A DNA stretch of 42,381 nt from Candidatus Nanoarchaeia archaeon (GCA_041484255.1 JBGPHE010000002.1:1-42381); one strand, 5' to 3'; counted from the stretch's first letter, positions 8,823 through 18,722 are shown. The notes: generated by a model from the sequence alone, not told the origin. Translations and numbers: made by a program.

Positions 8823-11800
8823 GTGACACGAAAAGGTGTGCTTGAAGAGAAAGCACTGATAGCTATCCTCCTACTTGCAGGTCTCCTCGGCGTCGGCGTG
8901 ATGCTCTGGGGCACCGGCATTCTTCATGCGCCGAGCGGCGATGCCACGGGCGCTGCCGTCGCGGGCGCGAATATGCCGCCCGTCTGGACGCCCGAGACGA
9001 CCAAGTATGTTATCGCCAAGAATCAGCAGTTCACGCTCGCGCTTCCGGCGGTCTTCAGCGACCCTGAAGGCGAGCCGCTCACGTTCATCGCCACGCAGAC
9101 CGAGAATCTCGACGTGCAGGTGAGCAACGACATCCTCACCATCACCCCCGAACCCGGCTTTGCGGGCGAGCGCGTCGTGACGGTCATCGCTTCCGACGGA
9201 ACGCAGGTGACGAGCAAGCGCCTCAATATCGAAGTCGGCGACGGCCAGACGACGCCTGAGCAAGTCGCGCCGCAGCCCGAAGCGCCCGTATCTTCCGGAG
9301 AAGCAGCCCCTGCAGAGCGCACGCTCGAAAAGGTCGAGGCCAGCGTCGAACAGGCCGTCTTGCAGCAGCCCGAAGTCCAAGTCATCGTTATTCTCAAGCA
9401 GCCTGCTGCCGCCTTCGCCGCAGCGGCGGACAACACCAAGCAGGAGACGCTCGACGACCAGAAGGCGCGCGTCGACGAGGCGCAGAGCGCGATCGAGCAG
9501 TCCATCAGCGCAGAGACGCCTGCAGCAACGGGCGCAATCACCGGCGCAGCGGTTGAAGACGGCAATAATGACATCGAAATCACGCGCTCGTACGACACCA
9601 TCAACGCAATCGCGGTCAATCTCACGCAGGCAGGACTGGAACAGCTCAGGAACGACCCGAATGTCGAGCAAATCCTGCTTGACCGCACGTTTAGCATCCA
9701 GCTCGCGCAGAGCGTTCCGCTCATCGATGCGGACGACGTCTGGAACCGCACGGCAGGCAGCGTCAATGTCACCGGCCAGGGCGAAAGCATCTGCGTCCTC
9801 GACACCGGCATCGACTTCAACCATTCCGCGTTCACGAACAAGATTGTCGGCGGCTACGACTATGTCAACAACGACAATTCGCCGCAGGACGACGCAAGCA
9901 ACAGCCACGGCACGCACGTCTCGGGCATCGCGGCAGGCAACAGCAGCTCAGTCAAGGGTGTCGCCCCTGACGCGCGCATCGTTCCAATCAAGGTCTGTAA
10001 TGGCGCAAACAGCTGCACCGGCTCGGCGATTCTCGCAGGCATCGACTACTGCAACAACAATTCAGTCGTCTACAACATCGACGCAATCTCGATGAGCCTT
10101 GGCGACAACGGCCAATACAACTCCACGACCTGCCCGACTGCATTCGAGTCCGCGTTCGCGACCTCGGCCAGCCTGGGCATCATCCCCGTTGCCGCATCGG
10201 GCAACAACGGCAACACTGGCGGAGTGAGCTACCCGTCCTGCTCGTCTTATGCCATCAGCGTCGGTTCGTCCAGCAAGGCAGACGCACTCGACAGCTTCTC
10301 GAACCGCGGCGGAGACCGCTTTGACGTGCTCGCGCCCGGCCACAGCATTGTTTCGTCGATTGTCGGCGGCAGCACCGGCTCGTTGACCGGCACGTCGATG
10401 GCCACGCCGCACGTCTCGGGCGCCATCGCGCTCATCCAGCAGTCGCAGAAGTCGCAGGGCAAGTCACCGCTGTCCGTCGAAGAGATGCGGCAGCTGTTCA
10501 AGGACACCGGCGTTGCCGTGAGCGGCCTGCCGCGCATCGACGTCCTTGCCGCACTCGTCCAGCTGGACCAGAACATCACGCTCAATATCTCGGACAATTC
10601 GGTCACGAACAGGACGCCGCCGAGCGCAAAGGTCAAGTTCGCGTCGGCAACCGATTTGAGCCAATTCGTCGACTGCGCGCAGGTGCAGTACAATTTTGTC
10701 TCCATCGATTCCGACCGCTGCCCGCAGTACAACAAGAGCGCGCACATCACGTTCTCCGGCCTGCCCGGCGTTGCCGCGACGCCGTTGCTCGACGGCGAGC
10801 CGTGCGATTCCTCCATCTGCACGAACACCGTATTCAGCGGAGGCGTGCTGGACTTCGACGTCACGGGCTTCAGCAATTACAGCAGCAACAGCACGTTCAC
10901 GACATCGACGCCGTGCGCCACCTGCGACCTGTGCACGGTCTGCGCGGCGGTCGCGGGAACGACCTGCACGCCGTTGACAGACATTGTCGCGACCACGGGC
11001 TCGAACTGCATCAACGTCACCGCAAACAATGTAGTGATCGACTGCGCGGGAGCCACCATCACAACGACAAGCTCCAACTCCGCAGGAGTCCTCATCAACG
11101 GCACCCGCAACAATGTGTCGGTCAGGAACTGCATCTTCAACATGTCCGCGCTCGGCATCTCCACAAGCACTTCGCAGCCGCTGGGGGCGGTGCAGAACGG
11201 CACCATCGCGAACAACGTGTTCAACATCGCCAATACCGGAACTGCGTACGCCATCAGCGTGTATTTCAACGGGACGAACATCACCGGAAACGTCATCACC
11301 AATAACGGCACCGGCGGTGGGTCGGTCATCGGAATATTTATCGAACCGCCCATTTACAACGACACCGCGAACAATGTCACAACCATCTCGGACGTGCACA
11401 TCGAGTACAACAACATCTCGATTGGCTCAGACCTCTTCCCGAGCGAGGGCATTACCCTTGCAGGGCAGGGCAGCGCGAACATCACCGGGTATGTGCGCAA
11501 CACTCGCGACATGGTCATCAACAATAACAAGATTGTCCTGCGGGGCCCGAACTCCGGGAACACCATCCAGCTCGGCATGCAGATCCAGGGCATCAACGGC
11601 ACGATGAACCTGACGAACAACACCATCGATATGAACGGTACGGGCAACTTCACGTTCGCGTTCGAATCGGCGGATTCGCAGTCCATGCGCGTCGACGGGC
11701 TGGTGCTCAACCTCACGCAGGACCAGACCGCGAACTGGTTCTACTCGTCGTTCTCCTCGTCATTGGGACAGTCGCTCGTCGTGTCGAACATCGTGTTCAA

Positions 11801-14800
11801 TGACATCAACGGCAGCATAGCCTATCCCGGGCCGATCACGCCGAACACGGCAGTGATCACGCGCCAAATCAACAGGACGGACGTCAACATCACCTTCAAC
11901 CACGCGTTCGCGAACACCACGATGTTCCCGTTCCTCAGCACGACCGCGAACGTCACCCTGCGCGGCCTGCCGTTCACGCTTCCCAAGATCCTGCGCTCGA
12001 CCAATGAGGTCAATTACGTCGACTGCGGCGCGACCTGCTCGCAGAAGCAGTACTTCAACGGCACATTGATGTTCCGCGTCAGCGCGTTCACCTCCTACAT
12101 CGCGAACGAGAGCGGCGTCGAGCTGTCCAAGAACGACTCGGTCGACCCGGTCAATGTCAGCAATACCATGACGTACACCATCCTCATCAACGCCTCGGCG
12201 AACGCGAGCAATGTCACGCTCACGGACACGCTGCCGCGCAAGGTCACGTTCATCAGCGCGCAGCCGAGCCCGCTGTCGGGAACGACCGACACGTTCATCG
12301 TCGGCAACCTGACAAACGGCACCGAGTTCCGCGTCAACATCACCGTGCGCATCGGCCTGTTCAGGAACGGCACCGTCATCAACAACACGGCGAACATCAC
12401 GTTCCAGAACCAGACCGGCGCGTTCCTCACCCTGAACGTTTCTGAAAACACCACGGTCCTCGGGCTTGTCGTCGCGTCCTGCCCGGTCAAGATCAACGGC
12501 AGCGTCGTGCTGGACCGCAACCTGCAGTCGAACGACACGTGCATCACCTTCGGCAACAGCAGCATCGACCTGGACTGCGACGGGTTCTCGCTCACGTACG
12601 GCATCAACGGCCTGCTGAACGACACGATGGCGGTCAATGTCACGAATTCGACGAACTCCAGCATCGTCAACTGCGTCATGATCAAGGGCAACGTGAGCGG
12701 ATTCCGCACCTACGGCGTCGGCGTCATCACGTCGCCCCGCCTGCGCATCGAGAACAACACCATCGCGACCAATGGCTCGGGCAGCGACGACGGCATCCAC
12801 ATCAGCGACGCCGGCGGAACCAACCCTGGCGGCACCATCAGGCTGGTCACGAACCCGAACAACATCTACGCGCCCAGCTGCGTCGCCAACGCGCCCGGCG
12901 TGAGCTACTGCAGCGTCCTCTATGTGAACGACTTCAACGACCGCGGAACAAAGTTCCCGCTCGGCTTTGGCCGCGGCGGCTGCCAGGTCAGGCACAAGGG
13001 CTACCACTTCAACACCGTGCTTCAGTTCAACCTCTCCGTGCTTCCCACGAGCGGCGCGATGGCAGGCATCGGCGGCGAGTTCGGCGGATGCGCGCTGAAC
13101 GGCGTCGAGATCTGGCACGTGTACGTCAACAACAACTGCCGCCAGTACAAGAGCGTGAAGTTCGGCAGCACGCCGTTCGTCATCGGCGAGAACAACCTCA
13201 CTTGCTACATGACCGGCATCGGCGCGGGCAACTGGCGCGGCTTCGGCTTGGACGCGTTCTCGTACGACCTTCCGCCGTCGAATGCCAGCGGCACCACCAA
13301 CGTCACCGTCAAGGGCAACAGCATCATCGCAAGCTCGGGCAACGACACCAACGGCGTCTTCCTGGACGCGGACAACTCCACCATTACCAATAACACCATC
13401 GTCGCGACGGGCAACAGCCTCGATGACGGCATTGAGACCATCGGCGGCAACGCGGTCATCACCGGCAACGTCATCCTGACGCGCGCGGTCAACCAGAGCC
13501 ACGCGCTCTTCCTCAGCGGCGGAAACAACACCCTCATCGCGAACAACACGCTGAGCGCGAACACGACCGGCAGCGCGGCGCTCTTCATGGGCGGCAGCGT
13601 GACCAACTCGACCGTGCAGAACAACACCCTCGCGTCCAACGGAACGGGAACGAGCGGCATCTACCTGTCCTCGTCCACCGGCCACCGGTTCATCAACAAC
13701 ACGTTCCTGAATACCACTGGCGCGGCAGTCTATGCTGAGCTTTCCCTGAGCAATGTCTTCAGCGCAAGCACCATCCCCGCTGCTCCCATCACCTCGCTGC
13801 TCATCCTGGAAAACGACGGCTCCATCAACTACACCCAGCAGCTCAGCCTGTTCACCCCCGTCAACCTGTCGCAGGTCGTGAACATCAGCTACAACAGCAC
13901 GTTCGTGAACACCTCCGACGCGGCAGGCAGCCAGCTGAACGCCTCGGCATTGCTGAGCTTCTTCGGCATCCTCGACCTTGACGCAGACCCGGTGATCGAC
14001 GCAGGTGATAACGGCTCGTTCGCGCTCTGCCAGGGGCCGCGCTGCGCCAACAGGAACTTCGACCCCGGCAATTCAGTCATGACCTACAATGTCCAGTCGT
14101 TCACCACGTACTCGACCAAGCCCGTGCAGGCGTGCGGCGTCCTGGACTATGCCGCCGAGAACGACACCTCGCTGAACATCGTCCTCACCAGGAACGTGAC
14201 GTCCAACGACACCTGCTTCCAGGTCTTCGCGTCCAACTTCACGCTGGACTGCCAGGGCAACACCATCCTCTACGGCGCCCAGGGAACGGGCGCGGGCATC
14301 GCCGTCGGAAACGCCAGCAATATCACCATCGAGAACTGCATCATCCGCGACATCAACGCCTCGGGCTCGGCCGGCTACGGCATCTACTTCAGCAACAGCA
14401 GCTACGGATTCGTCATCAACAACACCATCACGACGAACGGCACGTCCAGCAACCACGGCGTGCAGGTCGAGACGCTGGCGGGCTCCTCGGTCAACAATTT
14501 CACCATCGTGAACAACACCATCATGACGTTCGGCACGTCCGCCGCCAACAACGGCGTGAACATCGAGATCCAGTCGACGAACCTCAGCTCCAGCAGCAAC
14601 CACACCGTCATCGGCAACAACATCTCGACAAACGGCACGAGCGACAATGTCGGAATCAATATCTTCGCCAGCAACGGCAACATGAGCAACAATACCGTCT
14701 TCAACAACACCATCCGCACGCACGGCTCGACCGGAAACAACAACCACGGCGTCTATCTGCGCGAGGCCACCGGCGCGCTCATCGACAGCACGGTCGCGTA

Positions 14801-17800
14801 CAACAACATCATCACCAACGGCTCGAGCCAGAATAACGGCGTCTTCGCAGACCCCGGCACTATTGGCTCCGGCGTGCTCAAAAACACGCTGGTCGCAAAC
14901 AACACCATCGTCGCGGGCGGAAGCGGCTTCTTTAACGTCGGCGTCGAGTTCATCGCGAACACCAGCACCATCGACAACAACCTCATCAATACCACGGGAG
15001 TGGCCGGCTTCGACTACGGCATCTACGTGAACGGCCTCCAATTGGGAAACATCCCTGCGTTCAACCTGGTCATCACGCGCAACAACATCTCGACCACGGA
15101 CCGCTCCGGAGGCGGCGCCAACAGCCAGAACTTCGGCATTCTGGTGAACAACAACATCCGCAACAGCTATGTCATCGGCAACACCATCACGACCAACGGC
15201 TCCGGCGGCGTCAATATCGGCATCTCGCTGGACGACGACGTCTACAACACCACCGTCGAGAACAACACCGTGGTCACCGGCGGCAAGTATGGCTCCAACT
15301 ACGGCATCGCGCTGCTGTCCGACAGCGCGTTCGACGGCGCGGTCATCGACAACAACGTCACGAACAACACCGTCAACACCACCGGCGACTCCCTGAACAT
15401 CGGCCTCTTCCTGTTCGCGCCGCTGCCGAACGCGAACGTCGTGCAGAACAACCGGCTCCGCATCAACACCGTGCACGCGCGCGGCAACAGCACCAAGGAG
15501 TTCGGCGCGATGCTGTCCGGCAGGGTCTTCTACAACAACCTCACGAACAACCAGCTCATCTCGAACGGCACCGACAACAACGATGGCGTCTTCATCAACA
15601 CGAGCGGCGGCTTTGCCGCGACGGACGACATCATTGAGAACAACAACATCAGCACCTGGGGTAACGGCAGCAGCAACGTCGGCGTCCATCTGACGGATGG
15701 CGTGTCCCAGCACAATATCACCAACAACACCATCGTGACGCACGGCATCGACACCAACCACGGCGTCTTTGTCCAGCTGTCCTCGCCCCGCAACCTCATC
15801 GCGCGCAACAACATCACGATGGCAACGTTCGGCGCGAACAACAGCGGCGTCGATATCTCCGGCAGCACCACGAACATCGTGCGCGACAACCTCATCCGCA
15901 CCAACAACACGCCGTTCGACAACGGCATCCTGCTCACGACCTCGGCGAACAATAACAACGTGAGCAACAACACCATCGTTACGAACGGCACCGTTATCAA
16001 GGTCGTCTCGAGCCAGAGCAACCTCATCAAGGACCAGAACGCGACCACGGTCGCAGGAGGCGGCGTGGTGCTCACGACCGCGACGCTGAACAACTTCACG
16101 GACGACATCATCGCGAGCGACACCGGCATCGGGCTGGAGTTCTCGAACGGCACGTCGAGCGGCACCTTCTTCAGCGGATTCGAGGGCGGAACGCTCTCGC
16201 CGTTAACCACCAGCGGCAACAATGTCTGGGCGATCAACAACACCGACGTCTTCCAGGGCAGCTTCAGCGCGCAGTCGGGCGACATCAACGACTCGCAGAG
16301 CGCGGTGCTCACGCTGGCGCTCTCCGCGGGAGCGGGAACGGTCAGCTTCGCGCGCAAGGTCGAGTCTGAGTCGGGCTTTGACTTCCTGACGTTCAGGATT
16401 GACGGAGTGACGCAGCAGACCTGGTCAGGCCTCCTGCCGTACGCCGTGTTCAACTTTTCGTTCACGAGCGCGAGCACGTTCACCTGGACGTATTCCAAGG
16501 ACAGCTCGGTCACCGTGCAGAACGACACCGCGTTCGTCGACAATATCAACATCTCGTTCGCGGGCGGCGGAGCGCAGAACAACACGTTCACGCGCACGCT
16601 CTTCTACGCCAACCAGACCTGGTTCGTGGTGGGCGCGGGCGACACGAACAACACCGTGCAGAACGTCACCTTTGTCGGCCAGAACGGCAGCATCAACTTC
16701 CCGCCACTCATCCACTTGGGCGAGAGCTCGAACGCGACCATCCAGCGCATGAACAACACGCTCAACCTGTCGTACGTCAACAGCTCGGCGCTGGCCCTGC
16801 CGTTCTTCAACAACACAGCCATCCTGCGCTTCAGCCAGACGCGCTTCATCGACCCGGTGCCGTTCCGCGACCCCGAGGACGATTTGTCGTTCGCGTACTG
16901 CAGGAACTCGACGCCCGGCCACTGCACCAAGCTCGCCTACGTGAACAACGAGTTCGTCATCAATGTCAGCGGCTTCACGTTCTATGCGCTCTCCGAGGGC
17001 CAGGTGAACCTCACCCTGAACAAGACCGACTCTCCTGACCCGGTGCCGGCGAGCAGCCAGCTCAATTACACGATTATCGTGAACAACAGCGGCACGAGCA
17101 CGGCGCTCAACCTGACGCTGCTGGAAATCTACCCGAACGAGGTCATCTTCCTTTCGGCGCAGCCGTCGCCCGAGCCGGGAACGAACAACACGTTCTTCCT
17201 GGGCAACTTCTCGCCCGACAGCCAGATCCAGCTCAACATCACCGTGTTCGTGCGCAACATCACCGCAGACTCGGTCATCAACAACACCGTCAATGCCACG
17301 TTCCTGAACCAGAGCAACGCGACCATCCACGCGAACGTGACCGAAAGCACCACCGTCCTGAACCCCGCGGTGCTGAACATGAGCACCGTCTCCATCGTGA
17401 AGACCGACTCGCCTGACCCGGTCAACGCGAGCAGGAACCTCACGTATGTCATCAACGTGACAAGCACCGGCCCGGGCATCGCGCGCAATGTCTCGGTCAA
17501 TGACACCTATCCGAGCGACGTCATCTTCCTCACCGCGCAGCCGACGCCGATTGCCGGAACGAACAACACGTTCTTCCTCGGAAACATCACGAACGGCACG
17601 AGCGTCCTCATCAACATCACCGTGCTTGTGCGGAATACCAGCGACGGCCTGGTTCTTAACAACAGCGCGAACGTGACGTTCCACAACAACTCGAACTTCA
17701 CGTTCACGGCGGTGGCGACGGCGAACACGACCGTGAACAACCCGCCCGTCATCAACGGAAGCACCATCACCGTGACCAAGTCGAACTCGCCCGACCCGGT

Positions 17801-18722
17801 CTCGGAAGGCGGTACGCTGAGCTACACCATCACCGTCACGAGCAGCGGCACGGCGACCGCGTTCAACGTGACCGTCAATGACACGTACCCGAGCGGCGTC
17901 GTCTTCGACAGTTCGCAGCCAACGCCGATACCCGGAACAAACAACAGCTTCTTGCTCGGCAACCTGACGGCAGGAACGGTTGTCGTAGTCAACATCACCG
18001 TCAATGTAACCGCGCCGGGCGGCAGCACGCTCACCAACAACGTGAACGCCACAGGGCAGAACACCAGCAGCGGCCTCATCAGCGCGACGGCAAGTTCGAG
18101 CGCGACCGTGAGCACGCCCGCAGTGCCCAGCGTAGGCGGCGGAGGCGGCTGGACCACGCCGACCACCGGCGGAGTGAACCGCAGCGCGCTCCCGCCACCG
18201 GCAGCGACCTCAGCCAATGGCGGCGCCTGCATCGAGAGCTGGAACTGCAATGACTGGGGACCGTGCGTCGGCGGAACCGCCTTCAGGACCTGCACGGACT
18301 CGAGCGTCTGCAACACGTTCACCTTGAAGCCCGCGGACCAGAAGACGTGCGAGATGCCCCCCGTACCTGTGCCCGAAGCGCCCAAGATCGAGAAGCCCGA
18401 AGTCCACGTTCCTGAAGTCACCGTGCCCGCGCTGACGCCTGCAAAGGCATTGCCGTGGAAGTGGGTGAGCGCGATTGTCTTGCTGATGATTGCAATCATT
18501 ATCCTTATCGTATCGCTGAGAAGGGGCGGAAAGGAAGGCGCAACGCCTGTTGAGAAGCCCGTTGCAGCGCCGCGCCCTGCGCCCAAGCTGACTCCCTACA
18601 GGCCGCCTGCGCTGCCGAAGCGCGAGGCACTCAAGCTGGACACCAAGGGCATCGCGAACACCCTGAAGGACACGGATAAGATGCTGAAAGAGCTTGAAAA
18701 GGCCCTGAAGAAGCAGCGATAA
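8823..18722 (+). CDS. Giant (3,299 aa) membrane-anchored subtilisin-adhesin. Architecture: N-terminal signal/anchor, Ig/cadherin-like domain, I9-like propeptide, S8 peptidase, three parallel beta-helix modules, four DUF11 repeats, 6-Cys module, TM helix and a short cytoplasmic tail.
   Basis: The gene starts at a GTG. The N-terminal hydrophobic segment is ALIAILLLAGLLGVGVMLW. The S8 triad motifs are ICVLDTGID, HGTHVSGIAAG and GTSMATPHVSGAIAL. Beta-helix turns read NNTI.T.G....GI. DUF11 repeats begin near 12118, 17007, 17388 and 17764. The C-terminal TM helix is WKWVSAIVLLMIAIIILIVSL. Confidence 0.9.
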   Translation: MTRKGVLEEKALIAILLLAGLLGVGVMLWGTGILHAPSGDATGAAVAGANMPPVWTPETTKYVIAKNQQFTLALPAVFSDPEGEPLTFIATQTENLDVQVSNDILTITPEPGFAGERVVTVIASDGTQVTSKRLNIEVGDGQTTPEQVAPQPEAPVSSGEAAPAERTLEKVEASVEQAVLQQPEVQVIVILKQPAAAFAAAADNTKQETLDDQKARVDEAQSAIEQSISAETPAATGAITGAAVEDGNNDIEITRSYDTINAIAVNLTQAGLEQLRNDPNVEQILLDRTFSIQLAQSVPLIDADDVWNRTAGSVNVTGQGESICVLDTGIDFNHSAFTNKIVGGYDYVNNDNSPQDDASNSHGTHVSGIAAGNSSSVKGVAPDARIVPIKVCNGANSCTGSAILAGIDYCNNNSVVYNIDAISMSLGDNGQYNSTTCPTAFESAFATSASLGIIPVAASGNNGNTGGVSYPSCSSYAISVGSSSKADALDSFSNRGGDRFDVLAPGHSIVSSIVGGSTGSLTGTSMATPHVSGAIALIQQSQKSQGKSPLSVEEMRQLFKDTGVAVSGLPRIDVLAALVQLDQNITLNISDNSVTNRTPPSAKVKFASATDLSQFVDCAQVQYNFVSIDSDRCPQYNKSAHITFSGLPGVAATPLLDGEPCDSSICTNTVFSGGVLDFDVTGFSNYSSNSTFTTSTPCATCDLCTVCAAVAGTTCTPLTDIVATTGSNCINVTANNVVIDCAGATITTTSSNSAGVLINGTRNNVSVRNCIFNMSALGISTSTSQPLGAVQNGTIANNVFNIANTGTAYAISVYFNGTNITGNVITNNGTGGGSVIGIFIEPPIYNDTANNVTTISDVHIEYNNISIGSDLFPSEGITLAGQGSANITGYVRNTRDMVINNNKIVLRGPNSGNTIQLGMQIQGINGTMNLTNNTIDMNGTGNFTFAFESADSQSMRVDGLVLNLTQDQTANWFYSSFSSSLGQSLVVSNIVFNDINGSIAYPGPITPNTAVITRQINRTDVNITFNHAFANTTMFPFLSTTANVTLRGLPFTLPKILRSTNEVNYVDCGATCSQKQYFNGTLMFRVSAFTSYIANESGVELSKNDSVDPVNVSNTMTYTILINASANASNVTLTDTLPRKVTFISAQPSPLSGTTDTFIVGNLTNGTEFRVNITVRIGLFRNGTVINNTANITFQNQTGAFLTLNVSENTTVLGLVVASCPVKINGSVVLDRNLQSNDTCITFGNSSIDLDCDGFSLTYGINGLLNDTMAVNVTNSTNSSIVNCVMIKGNVSGFRTYGVGVITSPRLRIENNTIATNGSGSDDGIHISDAGGTNPGGTIRLVTNPNNIYAPSCVANAPGVSYCSVLYVNDFNDRGTKFPLGFGRGGCQVRHKGYHFNTVLQFNLSVLPTSGAMAGIGGEFGGCALNGVEIWHVYVNNNCRQYKSVKFGSTPFVIGENNLTCYMTGIGAGNWRGFGLDAFSYDLPPSNASGTTNVTVKGNSIIASSGNDTNGVFLDADNSTITNNTIVATGNSLDDGIETIGGNAVITGNVILTRAVNQSHALFLSGGNNTLIANNTLSANTTGSAALFMGGSVTNSTVQNNTLASNGTGTSGIYLSSSTGHRFINNTFLNTTGAAVYAELSLSNVFSASTIPAAPITSLLILENDGSINYTQQLSLFTPVNLSQVVNISYNSTFVNTSDAAGSQLNASALLSFFGILDLDADPVIDAGDNGSFALCQGPRCANRNFDPGNSVMTYNVQSFTTYSTKPVQACGVLDYAAENDTSLNIVLTRNVTSNDTCFQVFASNFTLDCQGNTILYGAQGTGAGIAVGNASNITIENCIIRDINASGSAGYGIYFSNSSYGFVINNTITTNGTSSNHGVQVETLAGSSVNNFTIVNNTIMTFGTSAANNGVNIEIQSTNLSSSSNHTVIGNNISTNGTSDNVGINIFASNGNMSNNTVFNNTIRTHGSTGNNNHGVYLREATGALIDSTVAYNNIITNGSSQNNGVFADPGTIGSGVLKNTLVANNTIVAGGSGFFNVGVEFIANTSTIDNNLINTTGVAGFDYGIYVNGLQLGNIPAFNLVITRNNISTTDRSGGGANSQNFGILVNNNIRNSYVIGNTITTNGSGGVNIGISLDDDVYNTTVENNTVVTGGKYGSNYGIALLSDSAFDGAVIDNNVTNNTVNTTGDSLNIGLFLFAPLPNANVVQNNRLRINTVHARGNSTKEFGAMLSGRVFYNNLTNNQLISNGTDNNDGVFINTSGGFAATDDIIENNNISTWGNGSSNVGVHLTDGVSQHNITNNTIVTHGIDTNHGVFVQLSSPRNLIARNNITMATFGANNSGVDISGSTTNIVRDNLIRTNNTPFDNGILLTTSANNNNVSNNTIVTNGTVIKVVSSQSNLIKDQNATTVAGGGVVLTTATLNNFTDDIIASDTGIGLEFSNGTSSGTFFSGFEGGTLSPLTTSGNNVWAINNTDVFQGSFSAQSGDINDSQSAVLTLALSAGAGTVSFARKVESESGFDFLTFRIDGVTQQTWSGLLPYAVFNFSFTSASTFTWTYSKDSSVTVQNDTAFVDNINISFAGGGAQNNTFTRTLFYANQTWFVVGAGDTNNTVQNVTFVGQNGSINFPPLIHLGESSNATIQRMNNTLNLSYVNSSALALPFFNNTAILRFSQTRFIDPVPFRDPEDDLSFAYCRNSTPGHCTKLAYVNNEFVINVSGFTFYALSEGQVNLTLNKTDSPDPVPASSQLNYTIIVNNSGTSTALNLTLLEIYPNEVIFLSAQPSPEPGTNNTFFLGNFSPDSQIQLNITVFVRNITADSVINNTVNATFLNQSNATIHANVTESTTVLNPAVLNMSTVSIVKTDSPDPVNASRNLTYVINVTSTGPGIARNVSVNDTYPSDVIFLTAQPTPIAGTNNTFFLGNITNGTSVLINITVLVRNTSDGLVLNNSANVTFHNNSNFTFTAVATANTTVNNPPVINGSTITVTKSNSPDPVSEGGTLSYTITVTSSGTATAFNVTVNDTYPSGVVFDSSQPTPIPGTNNSFLLGNLTAGTVVVVNITVNVTAPGGSTLTNNVNATGQNTSSGLISATASSSATVSTPAVPSVGGGGGWTTPTTGGVNRSALPPPAATSANGGACIESWNCNDWGPCVGGTAFRTCTDSSVCNTFTLKPADQKTCEMPPVPVPEAPKIEKPEVHVPEVTVPALTPAKALPWKWVSAIVLLMIAIIILIVSLRRGGKEGATPVEKPVAAPRPAPKLTPYRPPALPKREALKLDTKGIANTLKDTDKMLKELEKALKKQR
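9700..10560 (+). other. Subtilisin-like (S8) peptidase domain within giant protein 2.
   Basis: The catalytic Asp codon is 9801-9803 (VLDTG). The His codon is 9906-9908 (HGTHV). The Ser codon is 10395-10397 (GTSMATP). An oxyanion Asn lies in AASGNNG. An I9-like segment (RSYDTINAIAVNLTQAGLEQLRNDPNVEQILLD) lies upstream. Confidence 0.85.
16990..18110 (+). repeat. Three consecutive DUF11-type repeats (~380 nt each) in giant protein 2.
   Basis: The repeats read NLTLNKTDSPDPVPASSQLNYT..YPNEVIFLSAQPSP, VSIVKTDSPDPVNASRNLTYV..YPSDVIFLTAQPTP and ITVTKSNSPDPVSEGGTLSYT..YPSGVVFDSSQPTP. Confidence 0.8.
18455..18517 (+). other. C-terminal transmembrane helix of giant protein 2.
   Basis: WKWVSAIVLLMIAIIILIVSL is followed by RRGGKEG and a 60-aa Lys/Pro-rich tail. 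Confidence 0.75.

Noticed and set aside
7804-8856. 350-aa minus-strand ORF, plus other alternate-frame ORFs, across the tail region and start of giant gene 2.
   Set aside because: It is antisense to the repeat-motif tail and has no promoter or motif. Its product is Leu/Arg-rich, as expected from the complement of Lys/Glu/Pro codons.
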